Below, in pieces: positions 1 to 10,010 of a DNA stretch of 64,000 nucleotides. The notes beneath the pieces were generated by a model that made no database searches, was not told where the DNA came from, and was given only the letters and a program-made list of their open reading frames with translations. The position numbers and the translations under genes are program-made. The stretch comes from Methylotenera sp. (GTDB lineage Bacteria; Pseudomonadota; Gammaproteobacteria; Burkholderiales; Methylophilaceae). The stretch's first letter is position 1, and every line of letters starts with the position of its first letter. The DNA is taken from the NCBI GenBank assembly GCA_031373695.1, contig JANMNC010000199.1, positions 162-64,161 on the forward strand. The letters run 5' to 3'.

Positions 1-1010
1 GTCTTGGTATCCGCTAAAATTTCAGTGATTTTTTTTGCCATGGCGTGAGCATCGTTTGGTGCTATTAAATATCCTGTTTTATTGGGTATAACTAAGCCAC
101 GATAAAACAAAAAATCCCAAGCGATGCTAGGTAAGCCCATTGCGGTGGCTTCTAGACAAGTTCCTGGCAGGCCTTCGTAATACGAGGTTGAAGCATATAG
201 CTTACTAGTTTCATAGTAGCCTTGCATTTCAGAAAAACTCACTTTGCCTGTTAATTCCACGTTATTGGCGTAAATAGCCAATTGTGTGCTTACCCAAACA
301 TCATCGTCACCATAGCCAACAATTAAAATACGAATATCACTCTTTTGTTTTATGAGGGCATTGCAAACGGCTACCATTGCCCTGCTACCCTTGCGCTGCT
401 CAATACGGCCACAAAACAACACGTCATACGTTTTTAAAGCATTTATATTGGGCTTAAAAGCCGCTAAGTCTGCGCCGTTAGGAATAATGGTTATTGGTTT
501 ATCAATACCGTAAGTAAGCAGCTCTTGGCGGCCTTGCTCAGTAAGCGTGATAATTTTCGCTGCTTGTTTAAAAATACGCAGTTCTATCCAGCGTTTAAAG
601 GCTATCTCTAGCCTGCTCCACTGACTTACAAAGTAAGGCTGGCTATAAAACTTGCCTGACATGCCAATATAAGTAGTGTGGGCAGTGAGTATCAATGCAA
701 TGTGCTTAGGCAAGAATAAGCCTGGAATAAGTGGCGGAATATGTAAATTTACAAACTGAATTTTCTTGTCTGCGTGCAATTGAATCAACAACTTACGCGC
801 AGCCAGTATCCAAAAAAGTAAATTAAAACGGCTAGAGGTAAAGGCTATATGAATAATCTCCACACCTTTATAGGTTCGAGCTACGCGGTGCTCGTCGCCT
901 GTAATCAAATAAATTTTAGGATGATTTTCGGGCAGATTCATTAGAAATGAATCTAGGTAGCGCGCTATACCACCAACACCATAAAACTGAGGGTAAATAA
1001 TTGCTATCAA
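1..1010 (-). CDS. Glycosyltransferase family 4 (3'-truncated by window edge; not in supplied ORF track)
   Basis: Manual translation from TTG at 1010 gives MIAIIYPQFYGVGGIARYLDSF... and, in the same frame, TSYYEGLPGTCLEATAMGLP (GT-B E-x7-E motif). The nearby ATG at 1026 is out of frame. Confidence 0.88.
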   Translation of the reverse strand, partial: MIAIIYPQFYGVGGIARYLDSFLMNLPENHPKIYLITGDEHRVARTYKGVEIIHIAFTSSRFNLLFWILAARKLLIQLHADKKIQFVNLHIPPLIPGLFLPKHIALILTAHTTYIGMSGKFYSQPYFVSQWSRLEIAFKRWIELRIFKQAAKIITLTEQGRQELLTYGIDKPITIIPNGADLAAFKPNINALKTYDVLFCGRIEQRKGSRAMVAVCNALIKQKSDIRILIVGYGDDDVWVSTQLAIYANNVELTGKVSFSEMQGYYETSKLYASTSYYEGLPGTCLEATAMGLPSIAWDFLFYRGLVIPNKTGYLIAPNDAHAMAKKITEILADTK

Positions 1011-1062
1011 TTTAGAGTTTTTCCATTTACAAATAGGCTTATTGCGCGTTGTATTAAGTGAG

Positions 1063-2484
1063 CTAAATCACAAAGTAAGTAAAATTAAATACTCGGGCAA
1101 GTAGGCCTGCCAAAACAACGGCTATAACCAATATTAAACCAATCCAAAATAGTCGATTACTTTGATAAAAGGTCAGTTTTATTTGGTCGTATCCTAAAAT
1201 TAGGCCTAGTGAGATTGCCAGTATCGACCAATAGGCATAACGATTCACTGTTGCAATGCCTATTATTGAAAGTGCCATTAAATATAACACACCTGATAAA
1301 ATCAGCATTTTGGATGCTAATGCTTGTTTGTCGTCAGCAACTTTATATTGCATTCCAAAAGCCACTATCCCGATAATTAGCCAAAAAACTGGCCAAAATA
1401 AAAAGTTGCTCTTGATATAATCAACTTTGGTGGCTTTAACTACATCTTGGCCAACACCGCAGCCAGATGCATATTGACACTGATACGCAGGCACTAAAAA
1501 GTAAAGCTCTGAGTTGAATACTTTAAGCCTATGTTCTAAATAAGCCATTGGATGCCGTATTATTGCTGTTACCCAAAAATCCTTAAGCGCACGTCTTTCG
1601 ACAAGCATGTCTTCTGAAATATTATTTCCTGAACCAAAAACTTGGGTGCTCGATTTACACTTACCCCAAGGGCTAAATGGATCCCACCAAAATGGTGTGT
1701 AACATTGCATTAAATCACTTTTAGAAATATTGGTGCTTGCAGGAAGTATTTGCAAATCATTCGCATTTTTCGCTATCCCCACAATATCAAATAAAAATAA
1801 TGCGTAGATGGGCTCTACTGTTCTTGCTTCAATCAGGTGTTTGTTGATTACATGTGATAGTGGCAATGCTGCAACGGTGATAAGTATTGAGCATAGTAAT
1901 GGCTTGATGATTTTAGCCTGCCAAAATGGGTTTAAATACATAAAAACAATTATCGGCCCTAAAGCAAAAATACCATTTGCCCTAACTAAAAATGCATATA
2001 TAAGCAATACTAAAGAGGCGCCATAAAGCAACACAGGTATTTGCTTATTCTGAATTTTAAAATAAAAAATGAGGCCAAAAGCCGCCACAAAAGTTGATGC
2101 CATACCGACGTCTTTAAACAAATATCCGTTGTGATACATCAGTACTGGGAAAAACCCCATCAGTAAAACGGCAAGTGCTGAGCGCTTCTTAGCAACTTTA
2201 AGCAACCCTAATGCAATTAAACACAAGCCAAGCCAGTGAAAAGCAAGATGAAACATCAACATAGCAGGTGCAGCATCCATAATACGAAGCAGGTGCGACC
2301 ATAAATAAGCCATTACTGGGGGATGCATATCGCTAAAGCTACGCAACACAGCCTCACTGTATTGCACATTACTATCTGAAGTCATTTGTCCAGGGTAATG
2401 GATACCAAAATTAAATAGAAAAAATAAAAAAGTGAGTGCCCATATTGACTGCACATTCATTTTATCTTCAATGTACTGAAACAT
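1063..2484 (-). CDS. Polytopic membrane protein, GT-C/DUF6020-like
   Basis: About 11-12 hydrophobic segments, first-loop motif PGQMTSDS...SDMHPP and a large Cys-containing periplasmic loop; lies in the EPS operon. Confidence 0.65.
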   Translation of the reverse strand: MFQYIEDKMNVQSIWALTFLFFLFNFGIHYPGQMTSDSNVQYSEAVLRSFSDMHPPVMAYLWSHLLRIMDAAPAMLMFHLAFHWLGLCLIALGLLKVAKKRSALAVLLMGFFPVLMYHNGYLFKDVGMASTFVAAFGLIFYFKIQNKQIPVLLYGASLVLLIYAFLVRANGIFALGPIIVFMYLNPFWQAKIIKPLLCSILITVAALPLSHVINKHLIEARTVEPIYALFLFDIVGIAKNANDLQILPASTNISKSDLMQCYTPFWWDPFSPWGKCKSSTQVFGSGNNISEDMLVERRALKDFWVTAIIRHPMAYLEHRLKVFNSELYFLVPAYQCQYASGCGVGQDVVKATKVDYIKSNFLFWPVFWLIIGIVAFGMQYKVADDKQALASKMLILSGVLYLMALSIIGIATVNRYAYWSILAISLGLILGYDQIKLTFYQSNRLFWIGLILVIAVVLAGLLARVFNFTYFVI

Positions 2485-2544
2485 TTAATACTCTTAATTC
2501 AGTAATAAACGACCACTCGAATTCGAGCGGTTCATAGTGGTTTT

Positions 2545-3747
2545 TCATGAAAACAATGCCTCCAACTCGGCAACCAATCTTGGCCAAGCGTAATGCTCAA
2601 TCATTTTCTGTCTTCCTGCCTGCTCCATTTTTGCTTTTTGCTGTGGATTTGCAAGAATGGTCTTCACTGCATTTGATAATGCATTGGCATCTGCTGCCGG
2701 TACTAACTCACCGACAACTTTATGTTCAAGCACCTCTGGCACACCACCAACATTGGTTGCTAGCAAGCACGTGCCAGAGGCCAACGCCTCTAAAACCACC
2801 AATGGGCATGGGTCTTGCCATACAGATGGCAGAATCACCAAATCTACCGCAGAATACAAATATTTAAGTTTTTCATGCGCTATATAGCCAGTAAAAATAA
2901 TGGATTGGCTCACGGATTTGGCTAGCTCTACTAATGATTGCTCATAAGTAGTTTTAGCTGCTCCACCAAAAAAAGAGCTGCCAGCAATCACTAATCTAGT
3001 ATTTGGTCGTTTGGCGTGTATTTGCTCAAACGCTTTAATTAGAATATGCACCCCTTTAAGCTCGGTAAGCCGCCCTACATATAACAAATAGGTTTTACCT
3101 GGCTCAATAGCAAGCACATCTTTAAGTTGGGTAATTGCCTCGCACCCATACGGTTTAAATACTTCTGGGTCTGTTGCATTAAATACCACCGTAAATTTAT
3201 CTGCGAATTCAGGGAAGTGCTGTATAGAAGCGCGACGAATGTAATCGCTAACACAAATAATGGTGTTTACTTTTTTTAAGGCATGGCGATAAAATGGCCT
3301 AAAAAGCTTGATGCATAAATGCTCATTGTGCATATGTAAAAAGATTTTTTGCTGCGGCATTTTACGCATAAATAATAGCAAGTTTGGTTCATTGTGAATC
3401 ACCACCACATCAAAATGGCGCACATGCTTTGCCATACGCAGACCGTATGAAGACACATTTTGTATTTTAGCTAAATAACGTAGTGGATTACGCCAGGTGA
3501 CTTTTTCTTTTAAATCATGAAAAAACTGCTCGGTTTTAGTCCAATTAATGCCGATATAACTAACACCTGCTGAACCCACCGCATTGGCTGGGCGTGACAC
3601 AATGGTAGTGTTGAATTTATCTTGATCTAGCCGCTTAGACACTTCATGCACCCAATGCTCAACCGCACCACCTTTTACTGGTGGCACTGGCAATAACTCT
3701 GGCACTACAATAGCTAGGCTTATTTTTGTTGTGACTACATTCAACAT
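2545..3747 (-). CDS. Glycosyltransferase family 4
   Basis: N-terminal PVPPVKGGAVE, YVGRLTELKG and DPCPLVVLEALASG motifs. Confidence 0.92.
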   Translation of the reverse strand: MLNVVTTKISLAIVVPELLPVPPVKGGAVEHWVHEVSKRLDQDKFNTTIVSRPANAVGSAGVSYIGINWTKTEQFFHDLKEKVTWRNPLRYLAKIQNVSSYGLRMAKHVRHFDVVVIHNEPNLLLFMRKMPQQKIFLHMHNEHLCIKLFRPFYRHALKKVNTIICVSDYIRRASIQHFPEFADKFTVVFNATDPEVFKPYGCEAITQLKDVLAIEPGKTYLLYVGRLTELKGVHILIKAFEQIHAKRPNTRLVIAGSSFFGGAAKTTYEQSLVELAKSVSQSIIFTGYIAHEKLKYLYSAVDLVILPSVWQDPCPLVVLEALASGTCLLATNVGGVPEVLEHKVVGELVPAADANALSNAVKTILANPQQKAKMEQAGRQKMIEHYAWPRLVAELEALFS

Positions 3748-3767
3748 TAAATTTTCTTGATTACTCT

Positions 3768-6113
3768 TTAAACACTTATTTCAAAATAAGTTGTTGCGCC
3801 GTGGCTTAGCTTACTAATATCAAGCTCAAACTCTATGCTAGTGTCTGTTTGTTTCACATTGATGGCATCTTGGCGTTGTCCACGCAAATTGGTTGAAAAT
3901 ACTTTTAATTGCCCTTTATTCACATTTTTTAATGCTAGCTTTATTTTTGCTGTTTTAATAATGACAGGTTTTTTCCCCAAATCTAGCACCAGTGTTTCAG
4001 TGCTATCACTAAAGTGCATATCGGTGTTTCTAGCATCCGTTGCCAGTACCACCAGTAGCCGCTTACTTGTATTTATGGGCTGATTATCCATAGCCGATAC
4101 CGCCACTAACGCAGGGCCATCTGCAGACAATACCGACAACTGATTTAAACTAATTGGTTTGAACTCATCAAACACAACAGCCTCAGTATTTTGCGTTATC
4201 ACAATCATGCGTTTTTGTTGGGTATCTAGCAAAATCTCACCTGTATCACTTTGGTATAGGCCAGTTTCAGGGTTAGTTAAATTACTTGCACTAATTAACT
4301 TTGCATCACGCAGGTTTTGCACTCTTGCCACCCATTTATCATCTGCAATCAGCTTTACTTTGTTGGCTTTGTAAGCCAACCCACTGGCATATTCTGTAAA
4401 AAAATTATCTAGTTTTAGACCAAAACTTAGCGTTGGCTGCACAGTTTTATTGACGCCATTTTTATTAAGCCTCAAGCCTGTTTTATTGAAATCTACTTCA
4501 GCAGTGTGCGCTACTCTAGTTTTAACAGTTGGTTTTGGCTGCCAATCTATACCCATGCCCGTCACTAAACTGAGCTTGCTGATATCAGTTGGGGTATAAC
4601 CTAAGTGGGCACTATTATCAAAAGCGTCTTGCGGCGTGAGTTTAACGCTAACCGTATTTACTGCAGGGGCAACATCACCGCGCAAATACAGCAAGGCGGC
4701 TAGCGTTTCCGTAGCGCGGGCAATAGGGTCTAGCCCTACTGCGAATGGATAAATAGTGCTTTTTCGACCATTGTTTCCAGCGTAACTTAAATCTACTGCA
4801 CCAAAATGCTGACAAATGCCATCCCAGCTTTGCAGCGCGGCATAAGCAGGAATAGCTAAACCAGACTCACGACGATATTGGTTCCAAAACACCTGTCCAT
4901 ATTCGGTCACCGTAAAAGCCTTTCCGATATGTTTATTAGCTGCCAGTTCTTGAATATAACCTGCATTATTTTTCAGCATACTGTCTTGGCGTACACGTAT
5001 TTTATTTGTGTCTAAATATTCGGGGTGAGCAAAATAATTGTGCATATCTACCCAATCAAATTGCCCACGACTAGCTTGTGCCGCAGGTGCCAACCAAAAA
5101 TTGTAGCTAGTTACCTGCCCTTTAAACCCAAGCTGGCGCAAATGCTTGGTCATCCAACCTGCTGTCGATTTTTCAGTATCTACAAAAAATGCCTGTAAAT
5201 CTGACATGCGGCGAGATGTCCAGGCGTCAGGCTTGGGGAAGTTAATTTGATTAAAGTCAATATTTTCATCAGCGTTTAGCTCCCCGCTCCAAGCCTCTTT
5301 TAGCGCTTTATTGTTGCCATATTTTACTTTTAGCCATTTAGCAAAATAAGGTTTGGTTTCTGGTCTTACGCCCTCACGGTTAACATAAACCATATTCCCT
5401 TCATTTACCAAAATCATGCCTGCAAAAGCAGGGTCTTTAATGGTAGGTATGCTGGTATATGGATTAACACCACTGTACATAGTGGTAATAAGATTTTTCC
5501 AGTGCTGTTGTTTTTCAGGGTTGAAATATACGCCACCAATTAAATCTTTTTCACCCTTCCAGCGCTCTGAAATATTACCGTAGCCGCCGTTATAACTGCT
5601 TGAGCCATTTAATATGTAATAAATACCGTTTTTTTTCAGGGTTGCTAGTAGGTAATGAAGGTTGTCTAGTTGGGTTGGGTTGTAGTCAAAATCTTTTAGC
5701 TGACCTTGCATTAAAGTATCTTCAGCAAAATCTAAACGCACCATATTGTAGCCACGCATTTTAAATTGCTGCACATACAAATCGACTAGCGTATGGTTAG
5801 GAAACCCACCATTTACAGTCGCAAACCCTAAAGAACCAATTAAAAATCGTTGGGGTTTGTGAATGGTATTTTCAAAAGCAAAAAAACCTTGTTTACTCAC
5901 AATAATGTGCGTATCGATAGGCTTTATATTTTCAGATAATTTAGAAAAATCTAAAATACTGCCTGGCTCTATCATTAATGAAATATCTTTAACTGGCACC
6001 CAGCTGTTTTCAGCAGCCTCAGTTGGCAAAAAAGTACTGCCCACTAGCATCAGCGCACAAATAAACGAAAAACTGAGTATTGATTTCATATTTTTGAGTA
6101 TAAATTTACGCAT
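3768..6113 (-). CDS. Secreted clan GH-A (GH5-like) glycoside hydrolase-like protein
   Basis: Signal peptide (...PTEA-AEN), GYNMVRL, LVNEG (acid/base), DMHNY and VTEYG (nucleophile) in TIM-barrel order. Confidence 0.7.
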   Translation of the reverse strand: MRKFILKNMKSILSFSFICALMLVGSTFLPTEAAENSWVPVKDISLMIEPGSILDFSKLSENIKPIDTHIIVSKQGFFAFENTIHKPQRFLIGSLGFATVNGGFPNHTLVDLYVQQFKMRGYNMVRLDFAEDTLMQGQLKDFDYNPTQLDNLHYLLATLKKNGIYYILNGSSSYNGGYGNISERWKGEKDLIGGVYFNPEKQQHWKNLITTMYSGVNPYTSIPTIKDPAFAGMILVNEGNMVYVNREGVRPETKPYFAKWLKVKYGNNKALKEAWSGELNADENIDFNQINFPKPDAWTSRRMSDLQAFFVDTEKSTAGWMTKHLRQLGFKGQVTSYNFWLAPAAQASRGQFDWVDMHNYFAHPEYLDTNKIRVRQDSMLKNNAGYIQELAANKHIGKAFTVTEYGQVFWNQYRRESGLAIPAYAALQSWDGICQHFGAVDLSYAGNNGRKSTIYPFAVGLDPIARATETLAALLYLRGDVAPAVNTVSVKLTPQDAFDNSAHLGYTPTDISKLSLVTGMGIDWQPKPTVKTRVAHTAEVDFNKTGLRLNKNGVNKTVQPTLSFGLKLDNFFTEYASGLAYKANKVKLIADDKWVARVQNLRDAKLISASNLTNPETGLYQSDTGEILLDTQQKRMIVITQNTEAVVFDEFKPISLNQLSVLSADGPALVAVSAMDNQPINTSKRLLVVLATDARNTDMHFSDSTETLVLDLGKKPVIIKTAKIKLALKNVNKGQLKVFSTNLRGQRQDAINVKQTDTSIEFELDISKLSHGATTYFEISV

Positions 6114-7308
6114 TTAACTGACGATAGGTAGATGCAAGACTGGCTGAAATCTGCTGATATCCACGTACTTTATGAACGTAGGCAATGCCTTTTTTCTGCA
6201 TATTATTTGCGTATTGGGCATCATTAAGTATTCGTAGCGCAGCACTTGCAAAATTTTCAGCATCTAGCGTCACACATTCGGCAGCGCCACTTTCTTGTGC
6301 AACTAATACTTGGTCTGGGTTATCGTTCATCACTACTGGCAAACCTAGCGCCATGTATTCAACTGCTTTTGTAGGTGAGCCCATATCTAACAAATAGCCA
6401 CGAGGGATTGGTGACAGCCCTATCTCAGCCGCCGTTACATATTGCCAGGCCTCAGCCATTGGTAGCCAACCTGTCCATAAAATATACTGGGACACTCCCA
6501 ATCTTTCGGACTCTGATTTCAGCCATGTGCGGTGATTGGTATCTTCGGTATCACCTGCCAGAACGAGCGCTATATTTGGTACTTGTTCACGCAAAATATT
6601 TAACATACCAAATAAAATTTCTATTTGCCGCACTTGATCGAGCGTGCCCAAATATATTAAAACACGTTTGCCAATCAAAAATGAATGACTGCTGGGCAAG
6701 GATCTTTGCTCTGCCGCTTCTAGATCGACACCCATGGGTACTGGCGTCATTTTTTTAGGGTCTATGCCGTGTTGAGTCATCGCTTCAAGCATATTTTGGC
6801 TTTGCACAAAAATATGGTCTGCATTGGGTAAAATAATTTTGTAGAGCAATTTTTGCCCAAACAAACCCTGCAAAAGTGGAAACCAATAGTACATACCAGC
6901 ATTTGTACCACGCGCCTTTGCACGCTGTATTTGGCCTTCTGACTGTGGGTATGATAGCCAATAGTAAAATGGCTTTTTTTTAATTTTGCACATTACAATT
7001 GCCAGTAAAGCGATAACCGTCATATCGCGCACTTGCACAGCTTGATATTGTTGGTAATTACTGGTTACCAGTACTTTAGCTTGATGTAAAAACTTAGTAA
7101 CGTATTGCGCTGCGCGATTTTTTGGTAATTTGCATAAATCGGCTTTACCCGCAGGCCAAATTACGGGCTGGGCTGGGTTATAAGTTACATCTGCATCTGT
7201 GACTAAGTCGCAGGTTATGCCAAAGCGTGGTAAGTATTGACCAAATAAAATGGTTACGTCAGCTCTAAAAGTAGGCCATTGCTCAGCTGTTAAATAAAGA
7301 ATGTGCAT
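6106..7308 (-). CDS. Glycosyltransferase family 4
   Basis: YLGTL and GSPTKAVEYMALGLPVV motifs. Confidence 0.9.
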   Translation of the reverse strand: MHILYLTAEQWPTFRADVTILFGQYLPRFGITCDLVTDADVTYNPAQPVIWPAGKADLCKLPKNRAAQYVTKFLHQAKVLVTSNYQQYQAVQVRDMTVIALLAIVMCKIKKKPFYYWLSYPQSEGQIQRAKARGTNAGMYYWFPLLQGLFGQKLLYKIILPNADHIFVQSQNMLEAMTQHGIDPKKMTPVPMGVDLEAAEQRSLPSSHSFLIGKRVLIYLGTLDQVRQIEILFGMLNILREQVPNIALVLAGDTEDTNHRTWLKSESERLGVSQYILWTGWLPMAEAWQYVTAAEIGLSPIPRGYLLDMGSPTKAVEYMALGLPVVMNDNPDQVLVAQESGAAECVTLDAENFASAALRILNDAQYANNMQKKGIAYVHKVRGYQQISASLASTYRQLNA

Positions 7309-7351
7309 TGACTGTATGCTAACGCAGCAACTTTAAGCTTTTATGAAATGT

Positions 7352-8842
7352 TTAGATTTTTACTGTATCAAGATTGATGTTTGATTCACGCCATTGTTGT
7401 TGCATTAAAAATGCTGCATAAGCCAGCAATATAGAAATAATCATTTCGTGCACCAGTAGATTAACTTGTGAATCGCCATAAATTAAAAATAACAAAGTAA
7501 TTGCGATACCACTTTGCATAGCTAAGCAATCTGCTTTCACTTGCTTGTTTTGAGATTTTTTCCACAAGCCGCTTAGTTGCATCCAAGCAACTATAAAAAT
7601 CAAGACGTATAACACCAAGCCAACCATGCCTACATCCCACAATAAAGTAGAAATAGTGGTTAAATTAATGCCATAACCTGGATAAAGTGCTGCCATATGC
7701 CCCGCTTGGTAACCAGATCCATAAGAGCTGCCCAAGCCATGGCCGAATAAAAAACTAATAGGGTCTTGCCAGCTATGCAGTTTCCACCAAAAACTCATTG
7801 CTGTAGTGCGGTTTAAAAATGAGGTGCCATAGCCTACATCTTGCAAGTTATAGCTTATGGTGTCTGCAATTGCTTCGCTGAAGGTGGTATTTAACAAAAA
7901 GTAAACATAAAAATAAGCTAGCGCAATTGTAGCCATAAACATGGCAGCAATAATAGGGATATATTTACCAGGCTCGCGCATGAGATCTTTACGCATCAAT
8001 ACCAAGGCCATCAGTGGCAGCATTACGACCACTATTTTGGTTTCACCCAATACTAAGGGCAGCAATAAAATACAGCTATACAGCTGTAAGCGTGCTGTAT
8101 TAATTAAGCCTACTTTCCAACGTGAAAATACAAAGGCAAATGCTAGCAGCACAAATGTAACCATAATAGCGTTGGGGCTACCACCGTCTAAATTAGCACC
8201 CATAGTGCCAGCCACCACATCGGTGGCTTGACCACCGCCTGCCAGGCCACCACGTAATGGCACTAAAATAAACCGTTCAAACAAAGCAAAGGGCAATTGT
8301 AAGAACGCAATACCTAATAATATTTTTAACCATTTATCAAAATCGTCTTTGCTAAACATCATAGTAACCATGGCTAACATTAAACCAAACGTTTGAAAAT
8401 ATCGTTTAAAACCACCAAATAACTCACCGAAACTATGTAGATGACTGATAGTTGAAAAAATAGTGTAAACAGAGAAAATAATTGCTACCCAAATAAATAA
8501 GGGTACATGCTTATTTTTTTTGCGGTTTAAATCAAATAAATTGAGTAAGCCTGTCACCCACAGCAGCATTGCCATCAGTGAAATTGCCCATAAAGCTCTT
8601 GATAAACCATGTCCGGCCATATCGAGCAAGGCTGGCGTTGATAAGCCCAGCACAATTACAATTTGTATGGTTATTTTTGGTATCGCCAACAAAAACAACC
8701 CCACTACACCGCCCACTGCCAAACCTATAAAAATAGGGTTGGCAGTAACTGCAATCATACCAAATAGCCAAGCTAGCATAAGAGCTGCCAGTATAAAAGC
8801 TAGTTTAGTCCACAGCGATTGGGTTCTATTTACGCTAATCAT
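7352..8842 (-). CDS. Wzy/O-antigen ligase-like polysaccharide polymerase
   Basis: About 12 TM segments and a periplasmic loop with R...LFGHGLGS; located among GT genes and a flippase. Confidence 0.7.
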   Translation of the reverse strand: MISVNRTQSLWTKLAFILAALMLAWLFGMIAVTANPIFIGLAVGGVVGLFLLAIPKITIQIVIVLGLSTPALLDMAGHGLSRALWAISLMAMLLWVTGLLNLFDLNRKKNKHVPLFIWVAIIFSVYTIFSTISHLHSFGELFGGFKRYFQTFGLMLAMVTMMFSKDDFDKWLKILLGIAFLQLPFALFERFILVPLRGGLAGGGQATDVVAGTMGANLDGGSPNAIMVTFVLLAFAFVFSRWKVGLINTARLQLYSCILLLPLVLGETKIVVVMLPLMALVLMRKDLMREPGKYIPIIAAMFMATIALAYFYVYFLLNTTFSEAIADTISYNLQDVGYGTSFLNRTTAMSFWWKLHSWQDPISFLFGHGLGSSYGSGYQAGHMAALYPGYGINLTTISTLLWDVGMVGLVLYVLIFIVAWMQLSGLWKKSQNKQVKADCLAMQSGIAITLLFLIYGDSQVNLLVHEMIISILLAYAAFLMQQQWRESNINLDTVKI

Positions 8843-8847
8843 TACAA

Positions 8848-10005
8848 TTACTTAATTCCATTATTTGATTCAATTATTCTATTGACGACACTTAAAAACA
8901 CTGGCTCAATTTTGCTCCAAATATATGCTTCACCAGAGTTTGCTGTGTGCAGCTTTAGCAAAGGTAGCTTTGCTAAGTTGGCATGTAACTCAAAAATAGC
9001 GATTGCTAGTGACTGCGGATGATAATCAAATATCAAACCATTGTGCCAATTTTGTACGTAGCGTGTGTGTGTGCGTATATTGCTTGCCAGCACAGGTAAG
9101 CCCGCTACTAAATACTCAAATAATTTAGTCGGCGGATTAAATTGGTACCATGGCTTATCTTCCCATAAACAAATACCCGCATCGGCTTGTGCTAAGTGGC
9201 TTGGCACTTGGCTACCAGGCACTCGGCCAGTAACACTGACGTAATCTGTAATATTTAGCTCGGTAATACGTGTTTTGCAATAGGTAAGTTGTTCATCACT
9301 CGCCCCGATAATAGTAAGATGCGCGTTTATTTTTTGTTGTGCTACTAATGACATGGCCTCTAGCATCACATCGCGACCACGTTCTTTTATAACGGAGCCT
9401 ATATAAATAAGCTTTAGCGTTGGTGTAAAAGCTGTCGTGATTTCAGGCTTGTTTGGCTTCGCCAAAAAACTATCTGCTACCCCCATATAAATCATCTGGG
9501 TGCTTTTAACACCATGTTTCAGCAAGTCATCACGATGCTCTTCCCCTATAGGCATCACTAAAGTGGCTTTTTTTGCACCTAAAAAAATTAATTTTTGCAT
9601 GGCTGCAGCCAGCATAAAACGTAGCGGCGAAAATGTATTAGGCATGCATGCTAAATGGCTAGGATGTTCGTTCCAATATACACAGCTAGGTATAACACCA
9701 ATCAGCAATGCCACACTGGATACACCAGAATGTAACAACACCACGACATCAGGTTTTTGTTGTTTAATATATTGCGCACATTTAATAATATAAGTTAGCC
9801 AACCCAGCTTACCCCCCCGCACATTAAAAGTTTCATAATATGTATTGGGGTGTAATAACTCTGCTTGAGTAATAATATGCTGGCTCACAATGGTGAGCTG
9901 GTAGGCTTTTGCAAGTGCAGTTGTACGATAAGAGAAATCTAAAAAACCAGGTTGTTCTTCAGAAAACAGTGTAATAGCAACACATTTTTTTAGCGCTTTA
10001 ATCAT
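8848..10005 (-). CDS. Glycosyltransferase family 4
   Basis: YIGSVIKERG and PTKLFEYLVAGLPVLAS motifs. Confidence 0.9.
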   Translation of the reverse strand: MIKALKKCVAITLFSEEQPGFLDFSYRTTALAKAYQLTIVSQHIITQAELLHPNTYYETFNVRGGKLGWLTYIIKCAQYIKQQKPDVVVLLHSGVSSVALLIGVIPSCVYWNEHPSHLACMPNTFSPLRFMLAAAMQKLIFLGAKKATLVMPIGEEHRDDLLKHGVKSTQMIYMGVADSFLAKPNKPEITTAFTPTLKLIYIGSVIKERGRDVMLEAMSLVAQQKINAHLTIIGASDEQLTYCKTRITELNITDYVSVTGRVPGSQVPSHLAQADAGICLWEDKPWYQFNPPTKLFEYLVAGLPVLASNIRTHTRYVQNWHNGLIFDYHPQSLAIAIFELHANLAKLPLLKLHTANSGEAYIWSKIEPVFLSVVNRIIESNNGIK

Positions 10006-10010
10006 TTTAA

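Noticed and set aside
1012-1026. ATG at 1026 as the start of the first glycosyltransferase, or a frameshifted pseudogene
   Set aside because: It reads ATG GAA AAA CTC TAA. The GT frame starts cleanly at TTG 1010 with a typical first beta-strand, so no frameshift is needed.
2512-2531. Small hairpin ACCACTCGAATTCGAGCGGT between two EPS genes
   Set aside because: Single occurrence with no U-tail; function cannot be supported.
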